NCBI GenBank assembly: GCA_964016885.1
Contig: OZ024757.1
Location: 31,000,001 to 31,064,000, forward strand
DNA length: 64,000 nucleotides
Direction: 5' to 3'
Source: Eledone cirrhosa
Taxonomy: Eukaryota
In this document: positions 60,330 to 64,000 of the stretch, one piece after another
Layout: each line of letters starts with the position of its first letter
Numbering within the stretch: position 1 is the stretch's first letter
Notes under the pieces: model-generated
The model's database searches: none
What the model saw: only the letters and a program-made list of their open reading frames with translations
Told to the model about the DNA's origin: nothing
Program-made: the position numbers and the translations under genes

Positions 60330-60442
60330 GAAGGCGCGTGAGCGGTTAGAGAATTGGATTCGCAATCGTGAGGTTGTGAGTTCGATTCCCGGGCCGGGTG
60401 ATGCGCTATGTCCTTGAGCAAGACACTTTATTTCACGTTGCC
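60330..60442 (+). mobile_element. SINE1-related head (others at 51893-52000, 55325-55480 and 63345-63440 minus)
   Basis: GAGTTCGATTCCC B box, TCCTTGAGCAAGACACTTT core. Confidence 0.8.
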
Positions 60443-61781
60443 TTTTCTACCTGCAGTTGTGACCGATAGATAGTATTAGCAAATGGAAGGTCCAATGGAA
60501 ACATTGTTTCCTCGGTCCGATTTGACGAAAGTCGATCGACTCTTGATGCTATATAATCTCTATGCCCACCCTCCCGCGGCTCCTTAGACCCCAGCGTCCC
60601 CGGAACCTTCTCGACGCCCCCAGGCGATCACTATGATTTCAAAACTGGGGTAGATGGGTCTTGTTAGTCACCCTCGTGACAACCTTTCAAGAGGGCAACA
60701 GCATCATCCTTCTGTTCCGGAAGAGAACGATGGACATTGGCATCGTTGCAACTGTCCATAGTCCACCACTAACAACAACAACAACATCACCACCACTACT
60801 ACCACCACTACTACCACCAGTACCAACACTACCACCACTACCAACACCCCTACTGCCCCTCCGCCACTGACAACTACATCAACTTCTTCACCAACACTAC
60901 TACTCCACCACCACCACCACCACTAACAACAACACCAACTTCACCACCGCCTCTACTAACAACAGCACCTACACCATCACCGCCACCGCCACCCACCACC
61001 ACCACCACTAACAACACCACCAGCCCACTAACACTACGACGATCACCAACAACAAGACCAACACCACTAGCAACAAAAACCTCCCTCAACAATAACACCA
61101 CCACCTCCAGCATCAACATCACCACCACCACTACCACCACCTCCAGCATCAACATCACCACCACCACTACCACCACCACTACCACCAACACTATCACCAC
61201 CACCACCACTACCCCCCCTCACTAATACCACCGCCACCACCCACCCCACCAACACCACCTTCACCACCACTAACACCACCACCACCACTAACACCACCAC
61301 CACTAACACCACCACTAACACGACCACCACCAACACTAACACGACCACCACCAACACCACTAACACCACCACCACCAACACAACCTTCACCACCACCACC
61401 AACACCACCACCAACACCACCACCACCATTTTCCGGTGAGATATTTTAAACTTTCTTCCTTTATTGTAAAAGCAAAAGTTTATTTTGGAAATTAGTCAAG
61501 CCATGAATACAGAACACACATTTTACACCTACACACACACATACACACATTTTATACACACATACATATGCATAAACACAAACGCATATTCATATATTCA
61601 CACTTTACACATACATTTTATACACACACGCACACTTTACATAAACACTTTACGCACACGTTTTACACACACACACTTTATACACACACTTTACATAAGC
61701 TCTTTACACACACACTTTATACACTCACCCACACATTACGAACACTTTATACACACACACGCACATTTAACATAAACACTT

Positions 61782-61822
<41 letters not shown>

Positions 61823-62091
61823 TACACACATACTTTATACACACATGCTTACTTTACATAAACACTTTACACGCACACACACACTTTATACTCACACACA
61901 CACACTTTATACACACACACATACACACACACATTTTACACGCATACTTTATACACACATGCATACTTTACATAAACACTTTACACGCACACGCACACTT
62001 TATACTCACACACACACACACACATTATACACACACACTCAAACACTTTATACACACACACTCACACACTTTATACACACATTACACACAG

Positions 62092-62440
62092 GTCCTACCA
62101 TCCAAATTGAAGGAAAAGCTCCATCAATCATACGTTACAACCAGTTTTCGTTTGTAAATGTTAGGCAGTTTATTATTATTATTATTATTATTATTATCCT
62201 TTCCAAGAAAGTTTTCTAACAACCGACTTAAAACATTTGCCAGGCTTTTAAATCAACTTTCGACGTATTGTTCAGAAAAATTGTCGTCTCTCATCAGTTC
62301 TCTAATTTGTGGTCGGACAAAAATGTCAGCTTTTTATTTTGATTCCGTTAAGACTGTTAAAAACCAGAAAAAACAAACAAACAAGAAAGAATTTACCGCA
62401 AAACCATTTCATTGCTCCTCCATCTTGATTAAGTATTTGT
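62092..62440 (-). pseudogene. Old Chapaev3-like transposase fragment
   Basis: ILNQDGGAMKW..., ADIFVRPQIRELMRD, LKAWQMF..., NFLG, collinear with 6230-6520 despite frameshifts. Confidence 0.7.
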
Positions 62441-62958
62441 TGGTGTGGTTTGGTTTGGTTTGATTTGGTTGGTTGGTTGGCTGGTTAGTTGGTATACTAT
62501 TTTGTTTTACTATATTTTATTTTATTTTATTTTATTTTATTTTATTGCTATCAGTCATTAGACCGCGGCCATACTGTGGCAACGCATTGAAAGGATTTTA
62601 GTCGATAAAATAAAGTACAAGGCATTGAAAGGATTTTAGTCGATAAAATAAAGTACAAGCCACTTGGGTCGATTTAATCGACTTTTCCCCTTCCAAAAAA
62701 TTGTTGGCCTTGTGCCTTAATCAGAAACCCTTAAGGAGTGGATTGGCAGTATCGGTAGAGGGCCGGACACCGTGCTTCGTAGCATAGAGTTACGGCCCTT
62801 TATGATCTGAGTTAAAACCCCGCCGATGTTAGCTTCGTTGAAAGAGATAGAAGACTAAACAATGCAAAATGGACTGTAAGATGAGGTAACGAAAAGGAAA
62901 GTTACCTGGTAATTTTTGTTTTGGTGTTTGTTGTTTGTTGTTTCTATTCTTTCTTCGG

Positions 62959-62995
62959 TCCTAATATTTCGGGACCTAAAATCGCTTCTTCAGAG
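62959..62995 (-). ncRNA. Degenerate minimal hammerhead related to 20249-20284
   Basis: CT CTGAAGA A GCGAT-TTTAG-GTCCC GAAA TA TT AGGA. Confidence 0.5.
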
Positions 62996-63700
62996 TTTAA
63001 GGAACTTTCAGAGAATAATTGTTTTTTTTTCTACTTTTGACGCAAGGCCAGCAATTACCCCAGTGCATTACTAATAATTAATAATTTTTTTTGGGGGGGT
63101 GAGGGGGGGGGGGGGATGAGGAGAAATTTTTTTGTCGAACTACTAAGTTATGGGAACATGAACACAGGCCTCTCATCAGACTTTGGTGCCCGGGGTAGAG
63201 TGGGTAATGGGTGTTAGGTGCTAGTTGGGTGTAATTTCAGACCATTCTGCATGGGCAGTTTTTTTGCAAAGAAAATATTTCAGGATGTTTGTTATTTATT
63301 GTTGTAGTTGTAAAATCCATCTTCTAAATCTGAAAAGCAACGTGAAATAAAAAAAAAACTTGCTTAAGGACCGCCGGGTTAAGGACTCCAGATCTTACGA
63401 TTGTGAGCCGAATACTCTAAACACACTCGGTTACGCGCCTTCATACAAGCAGGCTGTCCTGTTCATCGAACAACCGGAGCCCTAATCGACGAAAGCGACT
63501 GAGGCCCATTCCCTTACAATTTTAAATTAACACAATACATCTCAATTCTGACAACTCCGAGCATTCGTTTGTTCTAACCTGCCCCCTTCTCTCTCTCCCC
63601 TCTCTCCAATAACCACTGATGGTTACATAAATATGAAAAAGAAAGATATAAGCAAAATTAAGTAATGAGAAAAAGCGGGAAGGGGTAAATAAGGGCAGAT

Positions 63701-64000
63701 CTGGCTGCATGGGAAATCAGAGGAAAGGACTTTAAATGCCATAAATGAGAGGAAATAGAGGTCCTTGTTGCGTTACATAAGATAGATATGAGCAAACTAG
63801 ACACAAAAATAGATACGTTAGACGTACGAACGACTTCATCTATAGACTTCTTCCGCCACTGCCTGAAATGCAATTTCGAGTACATAGAAGAAAAGCATGG
63901 GGAAGTTGAGAGGGTGATTGGTTCTGGGCCTCGTGGACGCGGTGGGGTTTGGGCTGCACCAAGCGGACAAAGCTGCAAAGGCATTTTCATGGACAATGGC
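63701..64000 (+). pseudogene. Possible degenerate LINE AP-endonuclease N-terminus
   Basis: LAAWEIRG..K*EEIEVLVALHKIDMSKLDTK...SGPRGRGGV resembles WNxRG..D..L.ETK..GGV; partly duplicated at 59180-59298. Confidence 0.35.

Noticed and set aside
60450-60765. GC-richer unique island as an exon
   Set aside because: Only short frames; nothing recognisable.
62248-62300. Minus-strand CTGATGA..GACG..CGTC GAAA hammerhead look-alike
   Set aside because: It lies in transposase codons (RELMRDD) and lacks a convincing helix I; probably coincidental.

Overview
AT-rich, repeat-saturated eukaryotic DNA with no recognisable host gene. Most of the ORF track is microsatellite artefact. The (TA)n/(CA)n background and the SINE types suggest an octopod cephalopod intron or intergenic region (inference). 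Recognisable mobile DNA: an internally deleted Chapaev3-type transposon with TIRs and a TTA TSD, a truncated mariner, non-autonomous Helitrons, hAT/pogo/Tc1-type MITEs, RTE and Tx1/L1 LINE 3' ends, a bipartite RTE derivative and two abundant tRNA-derived SINE families. The main unexplained structure is about 15 short fold-back elements from several unrelated sequence families, almost all set in (TA)n tracts. Many carry type I hammerhead ribozyme cores, and they share an unpaired tail with a CTAC/CTCTG...TTGAGY motif. They look like termini of Penelope-like elements. Several tandem arrays are built from TE pieces, notably a 56-copy 41-bp array whose unit carries a Pol III B box. All calls were made by eye, and many coordinates are approximate.
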